A DNA stretch of 64,000 bases, taken from positions 135,472,001 to 135,536,000 of the forward strand of contig NC_086097.1 of NCBI RefSeq assembly GCF_963921235.1, in the 5' to 3' direction. A program made the translations under genes and the position numbers. The notes beneath the pieces are model-generated. The model did no database searches and was not told where the DNA came from. It saw only the letters and a list, made by a program, of their open reading frames with translations. Within the stretch, counting starts at the first letter, position 1. Each line of letters starts with the position of its first letter. Source of the stretch: Mobula hypostoma. Lineage: Eukaryota. This document shows, piece by piece, positions 12,493-25,129 of this stretch.

Positions 12493-13452
12493 CTAGTTTA
12501 AAGTCACCTCAGTAGCCCCCGCTAATCTCCCTGCCAGGATATTGGTCCCCCTAGGATTTAAGTGTAACCCGTCCTTTTTGTACAGGTCACACCTGCGCCA
12601 AAAGAGGTCCCAATGATCCAAAAACTTGAATCCCTGCCCCCTGCTCCAATCCCTCAGCCACGCATTTATCCTCCACCTCATCGCATTCCTACTCTCACTG
12701 TCGCGTGGCACAGGCAGTAATCCCGAGATTACTACCTTTGCGGTCCTTTTTCTCAACTCCCTTCCTAGCTCCCTATATTCTTCTTTCAGGACCTCATCCC
12801 TTTTCCTACCTATGTCATTGGTACCTATATGTACCAGGACCTCTGGCTCTTCACCCTCCCACTTCAGGATATCTTGGACACGATCAGAAATATCCCGGAC
12901 CCTGGCATCAGGGAGGCAAACTACCATCCGAGTCTCTGGACTGCGTCCACAGAATCGCCTATCTGACCCCCTTACTATCGAGTCCCCTATCACAACTGCC
13001 CTCCTCTTCCTTGCCCTACCCTTCTGAGCTACAGGGCCAGACTCTGTGCCGGAGGCAGGGCCACTGTCACTTCCCCCGGGTAAGCTGTCCCCTCCAACAG
13101 TACTCAAACAGGAGTACCTGTTGTTAAGGGGCACAGCCACCGGGGTACTCCCCATCACCTGCCTTTTCCCCTTCCCCCTCCTAACCGTGACCCACTTGTC
13201 TGCCTCCCGTGGCCCCGGCGTGACCACCTGCCTTCCACTCCTCTCTATCACCTCCTCGCTCTCCCTGACCAGACGAAGGTCATCGAGCTGCAGCTCCAGT
13301 TCCGTAACGCGGTCCCTTAGGAGCTGCATCTCGATGCACTTGGCGCAGATGTAGACGTCCGGGAGGCTTGGAGACTCCAGGGCCTCCCACATCCGACACC
13401 GAGAACAGCAAACTGCCCTCACAGTCGTAATGCCCCTCTCCTCAAATAGCAA
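12493..13452 (-). CDS. CR1 ORF1: zinc finger/leucine zipper plus SGNH esterase domain
   Basis: CxxC..CxxC (CSRC, CAKC), coiled coil LRDRVTELELQL, and esterase blocks VIGDS, HIGTND, DGLHL. Start codon uncertain (TTG at 13452; ACG may be a mutated ATG). Confidence 0.92.
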   Translation of the reverse strand: MLFEERGITTVRAVCCSRCRMWEALESPSLPDVYICAKCIEMQLLRDRVTELELQLDDLRLVRESEEVIERSGRQVVTPGPREADKWVTVRRGKGKRQVMGSTPVAVPLNNRYSCLSTVGGDSLPGGSDSGPASGTESGPVAQKGRARKRRAVVIGDSIVRGSDRRFCGRSPETRMVVCLPDARVRDISDRVQDILKWEGEEPEVLVHIGTNDIGRKRDEVLKEEYRELGRELRKRTAKVVISGLLPVPRDSESRNAMRWRINAWLRDWSRGQGFKFLDHWDLFWRRCDLYKKDGLHLNPRGTNILAGRLAGATEVTLN

Positions 13453-14329
13453 CAGAAAATGAATGTCAAACCTTCCTCGCCTCGCCCGCTTCTGCCTAAG
13501 CCCGGTGAGCCAAAGCCCTTAAGTCTTCACTCTGCTCCCGGCTCACTCCGCCGCCCGCAAACTACGCTGCCCGCTCTATGAGGCTCTGTTCCTTTTAAAT
13601 CTGCCGCGCTGCACTGCCCAACGTCACACGCCTGCGCAGTCCCGCCTCTCAGAAAGCCGTTGGAGAAAAAAACATAACGAAAATTTCAAAAATCTCTTTC
13701 TCGGCACTCCCACTCAGACTCTCAGACTCCTTCTTCGAATCAAATCCGAAGCAGGATGTCTGCCCTTTTAATCTTGCATTTTTCTGTTGAAAGTTTCTAA
13801 CAAAGCCATTTTCAAAATCCTCCCTGGCAGTAGAATCATAACTTAGATAAAGTTTCTGTGCAAAAGCTCCTCTTGCTATTTGTGATCAACACATTACAAT
13901 TGTAAACCACTGCCTCATCTACCCAACAAAACCAAAAATAATTTGAAAGGCCTTTATCAGGACCCCTTAACCTTTTCTGTTTCAAGGAGAATATGATCAG
14001 ACATTTCCTGTCACTCACACTTCACTAAATATCTGTATCCCTCACAGATCTGCGAATCCTTCCTAAAATTCAATGCCCAGAAATGAAAAAAGTACTTCAG
14101 CTGAGATCGAACAAGTGTTTTACAGAGCACTTCCTTGCTTTTACTTCATGAATTAAAGGTAAAACATACACATTCAATAGCTATCAAATTGTCTAGTCAT
14201 TTTCCATGGAGAGGAAACTTCTTTTCTATGGCACCTTATGGAACACCTGATTTTCTGCCAATGAAGTATTTTGAAGATTACACAAGAAACTGCAGATGCT
14301 AGAATTTGCAGCAACACACAGAACAGAAT

Positions 14330-15600
14330 CAGGTTAAATATCACGTTATGAAATTCGCTGTTTTGTGGCAACAGCACATTGCCATACATGATAAATAAAA
14401 CTAGTTACAATAATATAAATATAAAAAATTAAATAAGTTGTGCAAAAAGAGCAAAAAAAGTGACATAGTAAATTGTCCATTCAAAACTCTGATGGTGGAG
14501 GAGAAGAAGCTGTTCCTAAAATGTCAAGGGTGTGTCTTCAGGCTCTGGTACCTCCTCGTTGATGATAGCAATTGGAAGAGGGCATGTCCTGGGTGATGGA
14601 GGTTCCTAACAATGGATGCTGACTTTTTGAAGAATCATCTTCTGAAGATGACCTCGATGCTGGGGGTGGGTGGGTGGGTGGGGGGCAGTACTAGTACTCT
14701 TGACAGAGCTGGATGAGTTTACAACCTTCTGCAGCTTCTTCCAAACCTGTGTAGAGGCTCCTCCATACCAGACAATGATGTAACCAGTTAGAAATTTGCA
14801 AATGTCTTTGATGACATCCCAGTCTCCTCAAAATCTTAATGAGATATAACCTCTTTGTAACTGCATCAATATGTTGGACTTAGGATAGATCTTCAGAGAT
14901 ACTGACACCCAGGAACTTGAAACTGCTCACCTTTCCACCGCTGATCCCTCATTGAGGACTGGTGTGCATTTGCCTGGACTTCCCCTTTCTGAGGTCCACA
15001 ATCAATTCTTTGGTCTTACTGACATTGAGTACAAGGTTGCTGCTACAACACCAATCAGGCAGCTGATCAATCTCACATCAGTATGCCTCCTCGTTCCCAT
15101 CTGAAATCCTGCCAACAATAGTTGTGTCACTGGCAATGGTGTCTGAGCTGCACCTAAGCACACTGTAATAAGTGTGTAGAGAGTAGAGCAGTGGGCTAAT
15201 CTCACATCCTTGAGGGGCAATGTTGTTGATCGACAGTGAACAGATGTTATTTCTGATCACAATGATTGTAGTCACCCAATGAGGAAGTCAAGGATCCAGG
15301 TGCAGAGGGAGGCACAGAGGACCAGGTTCTGGAGCTTGTTGGTTAGAACTAAGGGTATGATTGTGTTGAGTGCTGAGCTGCAATCAATAAATAGCAGCCT
15401 GACATAGGTATTGCTGCTGTCCAGGTGGTCAAAGGCTAAGAGGGGAGCCAATGAGATTGCATCTGCTATAGACCTATTGTGGTGAGAGGCAAACTGCAGT
15501 GGGTTCAGGTGTTGCCTCTTGACCAAAGCATTCATCTTAGCAGATATGACTGCATCTGGGCTGCTCATCCTGCTCTTTTTGGGCCCTGGTGTGACTGTTG
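14330..15600 (-). mobile_element. Degenerate Rex/Babar-type LINE (RT 3' half)
   Basis: [29 protein letters not shown] and DTTIVGRIS remnants. Confidence 0.85.
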
Positions 15601-16294
15601 ATTATGAAAGTACAAATGATGCCCTTTTAAACCGGAAAGAACTGTGGAGTGGAAACTTCACTTCAGTTTTACAGCTAGTGCGAATATTTGATAAACTTGA
15701 CGTAACGAAAGCTTAGTTTTCTTAATGTTCTAATTTAGTGAAGAAATAGCACATTTTAGAAAATCAGTCAGTGCTAGACAGCCACGTGGTTTAGAAAAGC
15801 AATCCCATGACTTGTGTTAGAATCTGCAGTCCTCCCCTCACTCTTCATTCCAATATGCCTGCAGGCACTGGTATCAACCTCCCCCCACACATTCCTGCTA
15901 GATTCTGCCTCTGCTGCCCCCCTCCCTGCCAACAATAATGTGCAACCTCTTACTTGATGGGTGCCACAGTAATAATTGTTCACATCTCCTGGGTCCCTTT
16001 TAAACCTCCTTCCACAAATCTGTAGTGTCTAGCTTTAGACACACTGATGAAGGGCAGACTCTGCTTATTTACCCGACTGATTTTATGTACTGTTATCATA
16101 TCACCTCTCATGCTCCTTTGCTCCAGAGGAAACAGGCCCAGTCTGTCCAATCCTTCCTGATACTCAAGCCCTCTAACCTAGGCAACACCTTCAAAGATTC
16201 AAAGTATATTAATTATTCAGGTATGTATGCAGCATACACCCCTGAGATTTGTCTTCCCCACAGACAATTCAACCAGTGTCAAAAAGATCAAAGA

Positions 16295-16648
16295 AATGTT
16301 TTAAGCAGCAGCCTTTTGACAGTCAACGCACTTAGTGTGAAGAAGCGTTCAAACTCTTCATCATTATCTTGGCATTAACTGGCAAAATATTATGTTATTT
16401 AATGGATGAGCTTTGATTTTGTTGATAGCAGGTATTCCAAGAGTCATGCTTGAAACAGATCAATGGCTAAGGTTTTGGCTGTGAGATGTTGCTGATGAAT
16501 TACCCAATGGATTGTGAACAGACTTTGCAATTTCTTTTTTCATAAATGCCACTAAACCAGCATGGCAATCTGTCATATATGGTGCTCTATCTGTTGCACA
16601 AGAGATTGTGGTCCTACTTGGAATACTTTTACCCTCTATATACCTTTT
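16295..16648 (-). mobile_element. hAT (Charlie/ZBED5-type) transposase internal remnant
   Basis: Minus strand gives DRAPYMTDCHAGLVAFMKKE, IHWVIHQQHL (decayed CxxH) and DNDEEFER...R*LSKG (RW motif). Confidence 0.8.
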
Positions 16649-17569
16649 GAGCTTATTGCACGCACGTCAGACTCGGGAACATTGCTTCACGTGTTGGAGC
16701 CCTGTGTTCCGTACTTTAATCCAGTTCGAGGCTCGTGAGCAGAGTACAGAAACTTTTACCTCAAATCTGGAAAAACTCATTTTCCTTCTGCAAGATAGTC
16801 CCAACATTTCTGGGATTACCTTCCACAATAACTACCCCTCTCATTTAAATTGCATATAAATCCTTGACTTTGGCAGACGGTTCCTCCCCTCCTTTGGCTG
16901 GTAACTTCTCCTCTCCCTACCCACTGATCATTTAGTAATCCAACAGCAGAGAACTCGCTCCATTTAGTGGCAAAATAGCAAAGCAGAACCCCAAGATGTT
17001 TCTAAGATGCACACGCTTACTTCACAGAAATAAAACTTAAGCATAAACCAGTTTTGGTTTGCTTCCAAAAGCCAACGCTTGAAAATGAATTTTTTTTTCT
17101 GCGGCACAGTAGAACTGCAGTGTCTGCTCAAAACAAACAGAAAAAAAATCACTGGTATACAACTACAGTCACGTTTCTCTCGATATCTCAATCAACATCC
17201 TTGATTAAGAGAGTGTCAAAGGGGTCTGAAACTAATGCTTACCACTGAGGACAGATTGCCTTGAACCCACTGCAGTGTTCCAACTGCTTATTGTTGATGC
17301 ATAATAACTACCTTTTGTTTCTGCAAAAGACTCTGTTCAAAGGTCTAAACTTGCCCTTCAATTCCTTGAAAAACTCCATTTACTTTCCAGAGCTCAAGCT
17401 TTCTATTTTGGCTAAGTAATGAAAATAACGAGACAACTACATTTGATAAATATTGTCCTTGGAATTCTGAGCAGCAAGGTTGTCTTGATTTTAAAGAACT
17501 ATGATTTTCATCTTCATCCCAATTGCATTAGATTTGGCTGAAAAGCTATCGACCAGGATCCGAACTTGA

Positions 17570-17880
17570 AAGGATCTTCAACAAACGGTGCCTCAAAAAG
17601 GCAGAGTCCACCATCAATGACCCCCATCACCCAGGACATGCCCTCTTCTCATTGTTACAATCAGAAAGGAGGTACAGAAGCCTTAAGGGACACACTCAAT
17701 GATTTAGAAACAGCTTCTTCCCCTCTGCCATTCAATTTCTGAATGGACATTGAACCTATGACCACTACCTCAATATTTTATTTCTGTTTTCGCACTATTT
17801 ACCATGTATTTCATTGTACTGCTGCTGCAAAGTTAATGAATTTCACTACGTATGCCGGTGATATTAAACCTGATTTTGAA
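17570..17880 (+). mobile_element. Rex/Babar-type LINE 3' end
   Basis: DPHHPGHALFSLL.S.RRYRSL..HTQ.FRNSFFPSA. Confidence 0.8.
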
Positions 17881-20159
17881 CTGCAGCTAAACAAACATAT
17901 AGCGTATTTTTGGCATTTTTAATGCTCTGCAAAATGATAAATGTTGGGAGCTGATTATGCCTGACATTCACAGCACACTCTCTTCCAAGTGAGGGTGACC
18001 TCATTTAGACCTATTTATAATATTAATTATTGTGACTAAGGATGCATTTACTAAGACGGAGTTAATTAATCGTGGCGGTGCAGGTTATTTGTCACGTGTA
18101 CGTGGAAACATGAAATGTGCTGTTTGCATCAATGACCAACACAGTCTGAGGGTGGCCTGGGGGCAGCCCGCAAGTGTTGGCATGCTGCCGGCGCCAACGT
18201 AACTCGCCCAAAACTTACTAACCGTAAGCTGTACGTCTTTCGAAAGTGGGAGGAGAGCAGATCATGGGGGAGAATATACAATCGCTTTACAGACTGTGGT
18301 GGAAATTGGAAGGGGGATTGCTGGGACCGTGAAGCTTTACGTTAAGTACTACGCTACCAAGCTGTGCACTGGTGGGTGTCTGTAGCACCGAGAAGCCCAG
18401 TAAGAACTCCCTCAGGCCTGCTGCCATGCCATCTGTGACTCCACGTCCTTGAATAGCACCAAGCAGCCCAGTCAGGTCCATAAGCACTACTTAGGGCACA
18501 GAGGAGGATACGACCATCATATCTCAAAGACAGTGCCGTTGAAGGCATTCAGGGAAGTGTCCAAATTCAGGCAAGTTGAAGACATTAAAACTGGTTCAGC
18601 TGCCGCTTCACAGCTCCAGAGATCATGGCCTTGGGTGCTGTCTGTGAGGAGTTTACCATAAGACACAGGAGCAGAATTAGGCCATTCGGCCCTTTGAGAC
18701 TGCTCCGCCATTCCATCATGGCTGATCCCGGATCACACTCTCACTGTGACCAGGTGGGTCTCCTCTGGTTTCTGCCAATATCCCAAAGGCATACAGGGTG
18801 ATAAGTTAATTCAGAGTACATTTAATATCGAAGTATGTCTTCCTCAACTCACAACCATGAAACAAAGAAAACCACAGAACCAGTTCAAAGAGAAACATCA
18901 GACCCACTTCCCCCCCCCCAAAAAAACACAAATCTCACTAACGGCAACAAAAAAAACTCAGAGTATAAAACACAAAATCAAAAGAGACCAGGCAAATTCA
19001 GTTGCCCCCCAGTGCAAGTGAAACAGGAACACCTCTTTTGCTCTTACCAGGGAGAGACTGTGGTATGTCAAAATACCGGGTGAACGAGTAGTCTTTGGGT
19101 ACCGCAGGTCTCTGTCTTTACTGATGCTTTGCTGCACGCTTGAGTGCTCGGTGGTGAATGCTAATATATTCTTGCTGGTGGGGAGGGGGGGGTCGTTGCC
19201 TTACTGCTACTTGTGCTTGCGTGGGGGCTCTGCGGTTCTAACCTTTTAATTGTCATTCATTCTTTGGGGAACAACTCTGTTTTCATGGATGTTTGCGAAG
19301 AAGAATTTCAGGATGTATATTGTATACATTTCTCTGACATTAAATGTACCTATTGAAGTTGATACATTAGTCAGTTGCTGCAAATTGCCCAGGTAGGTGG
19401 TGACAGAATTGGAGGTGGGGGGGAGGGGGGTTAGAGAAAGAGAATACAGGAAAAATAATAATGGGATGAATGTGGGTGGTTGATGGAGAGTATGGACTCA
19501 ATGGAACAAAGGGCCTGTTCCCATACTGTCTGTGACTCCATGCCTTTGGATGACCAGGTTTAACCAATGACTATTCAGCAGCTGCAAAGACAGAAGCAGC
19601 AGGTTAGCCGGTGACTCCAGCTTGTAACTCCTTTAGTAATGACAACTCGTAGTGGCCTGCAGTATTTCCAGACTTGATCAAAATAACAGGCAAGATCGAA
19701 ACTACCCATTAATAGATTTTTTTTTACTTGAAATCCAGCCATCTGCTCTGAGCACTGAATGTTACCCCTGGCCTAGCCATGTAGAAGGCAAGACTCAGGG
19801 CAGAGGCTAGGTCTTAGATGAAGTTCTGGTTCCTCAAAACTTCCCCAGTATCCAGTAGACTCAGGACAGGAACACTTCCCTGAATGTGTGCAGTCACAAC
19901 AGGCAAGACTAACAACAGCACTTATAGTGGCACTAAACTTACTATCCACACTTTCACCACTACGTAGTCAAGACTGGACAGTCTACCTGACATCCTGCAG
20001 CAACTAACAGCTGTATTGGTAGCATCACATGATTCACATCGCAGAGAACTACAGTGGCAATCCCATCTGGATTTGGAGACACACTGTTGTTCTGTTTTGG
20101 CAGAAGGCAACAATTCCCTACCTAACATCAATGAGAGAGCATCTCTATCGCCAGGCTCA

Positions 20160-20660
20160 AGAAATCTTTCGCTGTGGGCCCGAAGACCCGAGTCTTTGCA
20201 ATCTTTGGACACGGAGCTCGAAAAAAGCAACAAAACGGACTTGCAACATTGAACAACAACCCACTGGTTTAATGTCTCCCACTCGCTGTGAGAATGGGTG
20301 ACACCTCCCTCTCCCTTACCAGGGAGAGAGAACACCTGTGGTTTGTTCGAATGTCGGATGAAATGCGAAGCCTTTGGGGCAAATTTGGTCAGTGTCTTTG
20401 CTATTGCTTAGCACACACTTGGGCTCGGTGACAGTACCGATGCACTTTTCTCTGCTGGTGGGGGAAGGGGGGATTGTTGCTTGTTGCCGCTTATGCGTGA
20501 GGGGGGGAACTGGGGGTGGGGGGGGACTGGGGCTCTCACTTTAACTGTCGTTCATTCTTTGGGGCACTCCTCTGTTTTCGTGGATGTTTGCGAAGAAAAA
20601 GCATTTCAGGATGTATATTGTATACATTTCTCTGACATTAAATTCGACCTTTCAACCTTT
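20160..20660 (+). repeat. Non-coding interspersed repeat (probable non-autonomous LINE-dependent element)
   Basis: Homologous to about 19040-19340 and 28165-28400 (shared gtggatgtttgcgaagaa...tttcaggatgtatattgtatacatttctctgacattaaa). Confidence 0.65.
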
Positions 20661-21259
20661 GAAAGCTTGTCACCATTTTGGCAAGAAAAGTCTGGACAAG
20701 AAATGGGGCCTTGCCTACACTGTATTGTCACCAAATTCAGAGAAGGTTGGACGAGGTCCAAGGGTCAGGAGAACATCTAATACAAATACATCTTTGCAAG
20801 CTTAGTGAAACGTGATTAACATTTCAGAGTGGGAGTGGGACAGAGAGACAGAGAGCAATGGAGGGAGACTTCTTATCTTATAAGATAGAAACAACAAATA
20901 CAATCACTTCTAAGTTGCAGAGCCTTCATCTCATGATTACTGGATAAACCAAGGTCTGTGTCTATTACAAAAACTTGTGGGATTTTTTAAACCAATATTT
21001 TAGGAATTAAAGTTCAAGTGCAAGCTTAATTGTCATTCAACCATACATGAATACAGCCAGACAAAACAGCGTTACACTGGGGTCAAGGGGCAAAGCACAG
21101 TACAAACAGTCATACACAACACAAGGCACACAGGGCACATATAAGACAGCAGTAAAATAGTCACACACAAAACAAAATTATCCAAGTTCCTGAATCGATC
21201 AGTGTTGCAGCAGTCTGCAGTTGAACACAATACAACAAAAAAAACACTAGACTGCTCTG

Positions 21260-22075
21260 TTTTGGACAATTTTAGACCCATTTCCAAACTTCCTTTTCTA
21301 TTAAGATTGTGTCCTTTCATTTAAGAAACATGGAAGGAGTTTGATTTCTTACAACATCTCAAGATGCAGAAAATTGACACACTTTTGTTTTTAGATGATT
21401 AGACTACTGTAAAGTACTCTTTTCGGGACTGCCTAAGAAAGGTATAAACTGGCCGCAACTTGTTCAAAATGCAGCAGCAAGAATCTTAACAAAAGAAAAT
21501 CTGAGCAATTTCACAGGTTTTGGCATCATTACATTAACTGTATACCAGACTGAATAATCTAGCTCCCCCATATATTTCGGAGGGTCTATACCCTTACATT
21601 CTGACTCATAATCTTAGATCCACAAATACTGGTTTGCTTAGTGTTCCTAGAGCCAAGCATACAAGAACTGCAACACACATCAGAGTTGCTGGTGAACACA
21701 GCAGGCCAGGCAGCATCTCTAGGAAGAGGTGCAGTCGACGTTTCAGGCCGAGACCCTTCATCAGGACAAGAACTGGTGGTGTGGCCTTTTGCTCTTAAGC
21801 ACAAACAGTCTGGAACAGTCTACTGAGATACATCAGGCTAGTACTCTGGAATGTTGCAAAACATTTCTATAAACCTACATTTTTTAATTTCGCCTACTTA
21901 GAGGATCACTTACTGCCTGTTGATGTTGATTACATTTATATAATTTGGTAAATTCAATTACATTTTATTCCATATAATCTTTTAATTTTGACTCACATCT
22001 TTATGACTACTTTGATTTATCTTTACAATCTTTGTAAAGCAATTCGAGCCTGCATCTTAATGTATGAAAGCCACC
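21260..22075 (+). mobile_element. Degenerate, internally deleted L2-clade LINE
   Basis: LDNFRPISKLPFL and RLDYC..LFSGLP...QLVQNAAARILT. Confidence 0.75.
21671..21765 (-). mobile_element. Short Penelope terminal-repeat insertion with intact hammerhead core (21734-21767)
   Basis: Perfect 10-bp TSD acaagaactg (21661-21670, 21766-21775); minus strand reads gtc-CTGATGA-agggtctcggcct-GAAACGTC-gac. Confidence 0.85.
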
Positions 22076-22798
22076 TACTAAATTATCATCTTGTCTTCTG
22101 CTGAGCGAACACTGGAGGGCAGCACTGACTCCAGCATGGACGCCGTGCCACACAGCCTCCCGTGGAGTGCACTGACTACAATGCTTTTCTCCTGGGCCGC
22201 TGTAACAGGCGACACAGCGGTTTGAGGCCTGGTCATCACTATGACTGAGGCCATGCAGCCCTCGTTATTCACCAATAAAACAGTGAATTGGACTTGCAGC
22301 CTTCCACATTGCCAATATCCAACAGGGTCTTACAAACACAAGAAAGGCAACTAAGAACATCTTTCGCTGCACACTGGCTTTGCCTCTCTGACGCAAGCAG
22401 CAGCATGATCTGCCCCATGTCCAGTTCCTTCAGTTTCTCCGCCAACGAGCAGCTCCACGACGAGGTAGACCTGAGGTACTCTACGTCCTTGATATCCAAC
22501 AATCTTGAAACCATAACATTTTTTAAAAAAAGACAATTTAACACCTTTGGTTGGCGGTAGAAACCGCTGCTTTTATGCTTACTGGAAGTAAGTTGTTGTT
22601 GCTATCAGTATCAGTAAATAACTTTGAATGTTATAACATCCAAAGGCTTAAGCCCTGAAAAGTTCTGAATGTCTGCTCATCTGCAGCACACCCAGTGGTT
22701 GGATATTTATGATAGGTAATAGAAATCCGTTTAAATTGCTTGACTCAATACTTTTACCACAATGGGGCATGATCTACCAAGGGAGAGGGCTTGGGGAA

Positions 22799-23078
22799 GT
22801 GTGGTGCATGGCCAAGTGGTTAAGGTGTCAGTCTAGTGATCCGAAGGTCGCTGGTTGGAGCCTCAGCTGAGGCAGCGTGTTGTGTCCTTGAGCAAGGCAC
22901 TTAACCACACATTGCTCTGCGACGACACCGGTGCCAACCTGTATGGGTCCTAGTGCCCTTCCCTTGGACAACATCGATAGCATAGAGAGGGGAGACTTGC
23001 AGCATGGGCAACTGCCGGTCTTCCATACAACCTTGGCCAGGCCTCAGTTAATATCGAAAATTGATGGACAGCCGAAGA
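22799..23078 (+). mobile_element. tRNA-derived SINE (second family, CORE-like central box)
   Basis: A box tggccaagtgg, B-box-like ggttggagcc, gtccttgagcaaggcacttaac; 15-bp TSD agagggcttggggaa (22784-22798, 23079-23093). Confidence 0.9.
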
Positions 23079-23649
23079 AGAGGGCTTGGGGAATTAAGAA
23101 CCCGAGAGCCTGGTGCTCCCAAGCACTAAAATAAAAAATTAAGTCCTTTTGCTTCAATTGGGTGAGCAGACAAAACCAATGACTTAGCTAAACAATTACA
23201 CCAGCTTTGGCATTAGATATAATGCTTTACTTTGGCACCATTTCTATTTTCTATTGTGATCCTGCAATACCAGTCAGCATGGAACTCAATGGGATTACCG
23301 GCCAGTGGGTTATGTATCACCTACACATCCTACCCCGCTTACAAACTCCCAATTTATGTACATACAAGTGTTTGAGACCGGCACAAAATTGCAAATATCA
23401 TCTGCTGTGTGGGGATTGGGTGGCAGCCGTATCCCTGACTTGCAAAAACTGTTCCGGTTATGAACAGTTCACAAGGACAGAACTTTACCATTAGATTAGA
23501 TTAGATTACCATGATTACCATGACCAGGGAGTAATCTCTACGGAGGACAGACAATGATCAGGGGAAAGTATAAAGCCCTCTCATCATAAGGAGTGCTTGC
23601 CTGCTCTTTCTCCTACAAAAAGAATGAAGTAACAAAGAAAATAAAACTC

Positions 23650-24362
23650 ACTACCAGTCTGAGCACCAAACAGTCCTTCCAGGTGAGGCGACACTTCAGT
23701 TGTGCGCCTGTTAGGGTCATCTACTGGGTCCGGTGCTCCTGGTGTGGCCTCCTGTGTGTTGGTGAGACCTGACGCAGATTGGGAGACCACTTCGTTGAGC
23801 GCCTGCGCTCTGCCTGCCAGAAAAAGCGGGATCTCCCAGTGGCAAGCCACATCAATTCTACTTCTGGTACGTCTCTCCATGGCCTCCTCTACTGCTGCGA
23901 TGAGGCTACACTCAGGTTGGAGGAGTAACACCTTGTATTCCATCTGGGTAGCCTCCAACCTCATTGCATAAACATCGATTTCTCAAACTTCTAGTAACTG
24001 ATCCCCCCCCCCCAACCATTCGCCATTCCCATTTCCTTACCTGCCCATCACCTCCCACTGGTGCTCCTCCCCACTTCCATGTCCTTCTGTCCTCTCCTAT
24101 TAGATTGCCTCTTCTCTAACCCTTCATCTCTTTCACCAATTGACTTCCCAGCTCTTGATTTCACCCTTCCTGTTTCACCCATCACCCCCCCGCCACCTTC
24201 ATGTCTGACTTTTCATCTCTTTTTCCAGTCCTGATGAAGGGTTTCAGCCTGAAACGAAGACTGTTTACTCTTTTCCATAGTTCTGCCCGGCCTGCCGACT
24301 TCCTCCAGCATTCTGTGTGTGTTGCTCTGATTTCCGGCATCAGCAGATTTTCTCTTGTTTGA
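23650..24362 (+). mobile_element. Penelope-like element 3' fragment
   Basis: GVIYWVRCSWCGLLCVGET.RRLGDHFVE (GIY-YIG); terminal repeat with a mutated hammerhead at 24226-24263. Confidence 0.85.
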
Positions 24363-24489
24363 AAATAAAACTTTATTCAGCTAAATCACACCAGCGGGTG
24401 GCATAGAGATGAACTGTGATATGGAAATGAATTGTAAATATTTTTAAGCAAAACACAGGTACAGGATGTCACTTGGTTATGAACCGATT

Positions 24490-25050
24490 CAAAACAGGTC
24501 AGCAGCAGACACCCGTATCATTGGCCCTTCACTCATCTCTGGTACACTTGGACAGCAAAGGTGCATACATCAGGATGCTCTTTATTGACTGCAGTTCAGC
24601 ATTCAATGCTGCCATCCCCTCAAAGCTAATCAATAAGTCCCAACACCTGGGCCTCAACACCTCCCTGTACAGCTGGATCCTTTATTTCCTCACTTGCTGG
24701 CCCCAGTCAGCACAGATGGTCAACAACATCTCCTCCACCAATCAGCATCAGTGCAGGTGCACCACGAGATACTGTGCTTAGCCCCCTGCTCTGCTCACAT
24801 TATACCTGTGACTGTGTGGCCAAGCACAGCTCCAATGCCATGTTTAAGTTTGCTGACAACACCACTGTTGCTGGCTGAATCAAAGGTGGTGGTGGATCGA
24901 CATACAGGAGGGAGATTGAAAATCTGGCTGAGTGGTGCCACAACTACCACCTCTCACTCAATGTCAGCAAGATTATTATTGTCTTCAGGGAGGAGGAAAG
25001 CAGAGGTCCATGAGCCAGTCTTCACTGGGGATCAGAGGTGGAGATTTAAA
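24490..25050 (+). mobile_element. Rex/Babar-type LINE RT fragment
   Basis: [21 protein letters not shown] and KFADNTT. Confidence 0.8.
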
Positions 25051-25129
25051 GTCAACTACTTAAAATGTCATGACATTATTTATATCGGAGGGCCATCACA
25101 AAGGCGTACACCAGTATCTCCACTTTGAG

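Larger units (their letters stand above)
9393..13768 (-). mobile_element. Full-length, near-intact CR1-clade LINE
   Basis: CpG-rich 5' UTR (13453-13768), ORF1, ORF2 and a 3' (TTTCTATG)n tail at about 9393-9415; possible 4-bp TSD TAAT at 9389-9392 and 13769-13772. Confidence 0.95.

Noticed and set aside
9870..13354. Plus-strand ORFs such as 11373-12149 (258 aa)
   Set aside because: Antisense shadows of the intact CR1 ORFs.
22260..22280. Adjacent ORFs 22269-22544 and 22078-22275 suggesting a programmed (antizyme-like) frameshift
   Set aside because: No UCC-UGA site or slippery heptamer; more simply a disabling indel in the pseudogene, which has many other lesions.
22799..22875. tRNA-like sequence (also the heads of HE1-like SINEs)
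   Set aside because: Continues into a SINE body with a TSD and has no intact cloverleaf, so it is not a tRNA gene.
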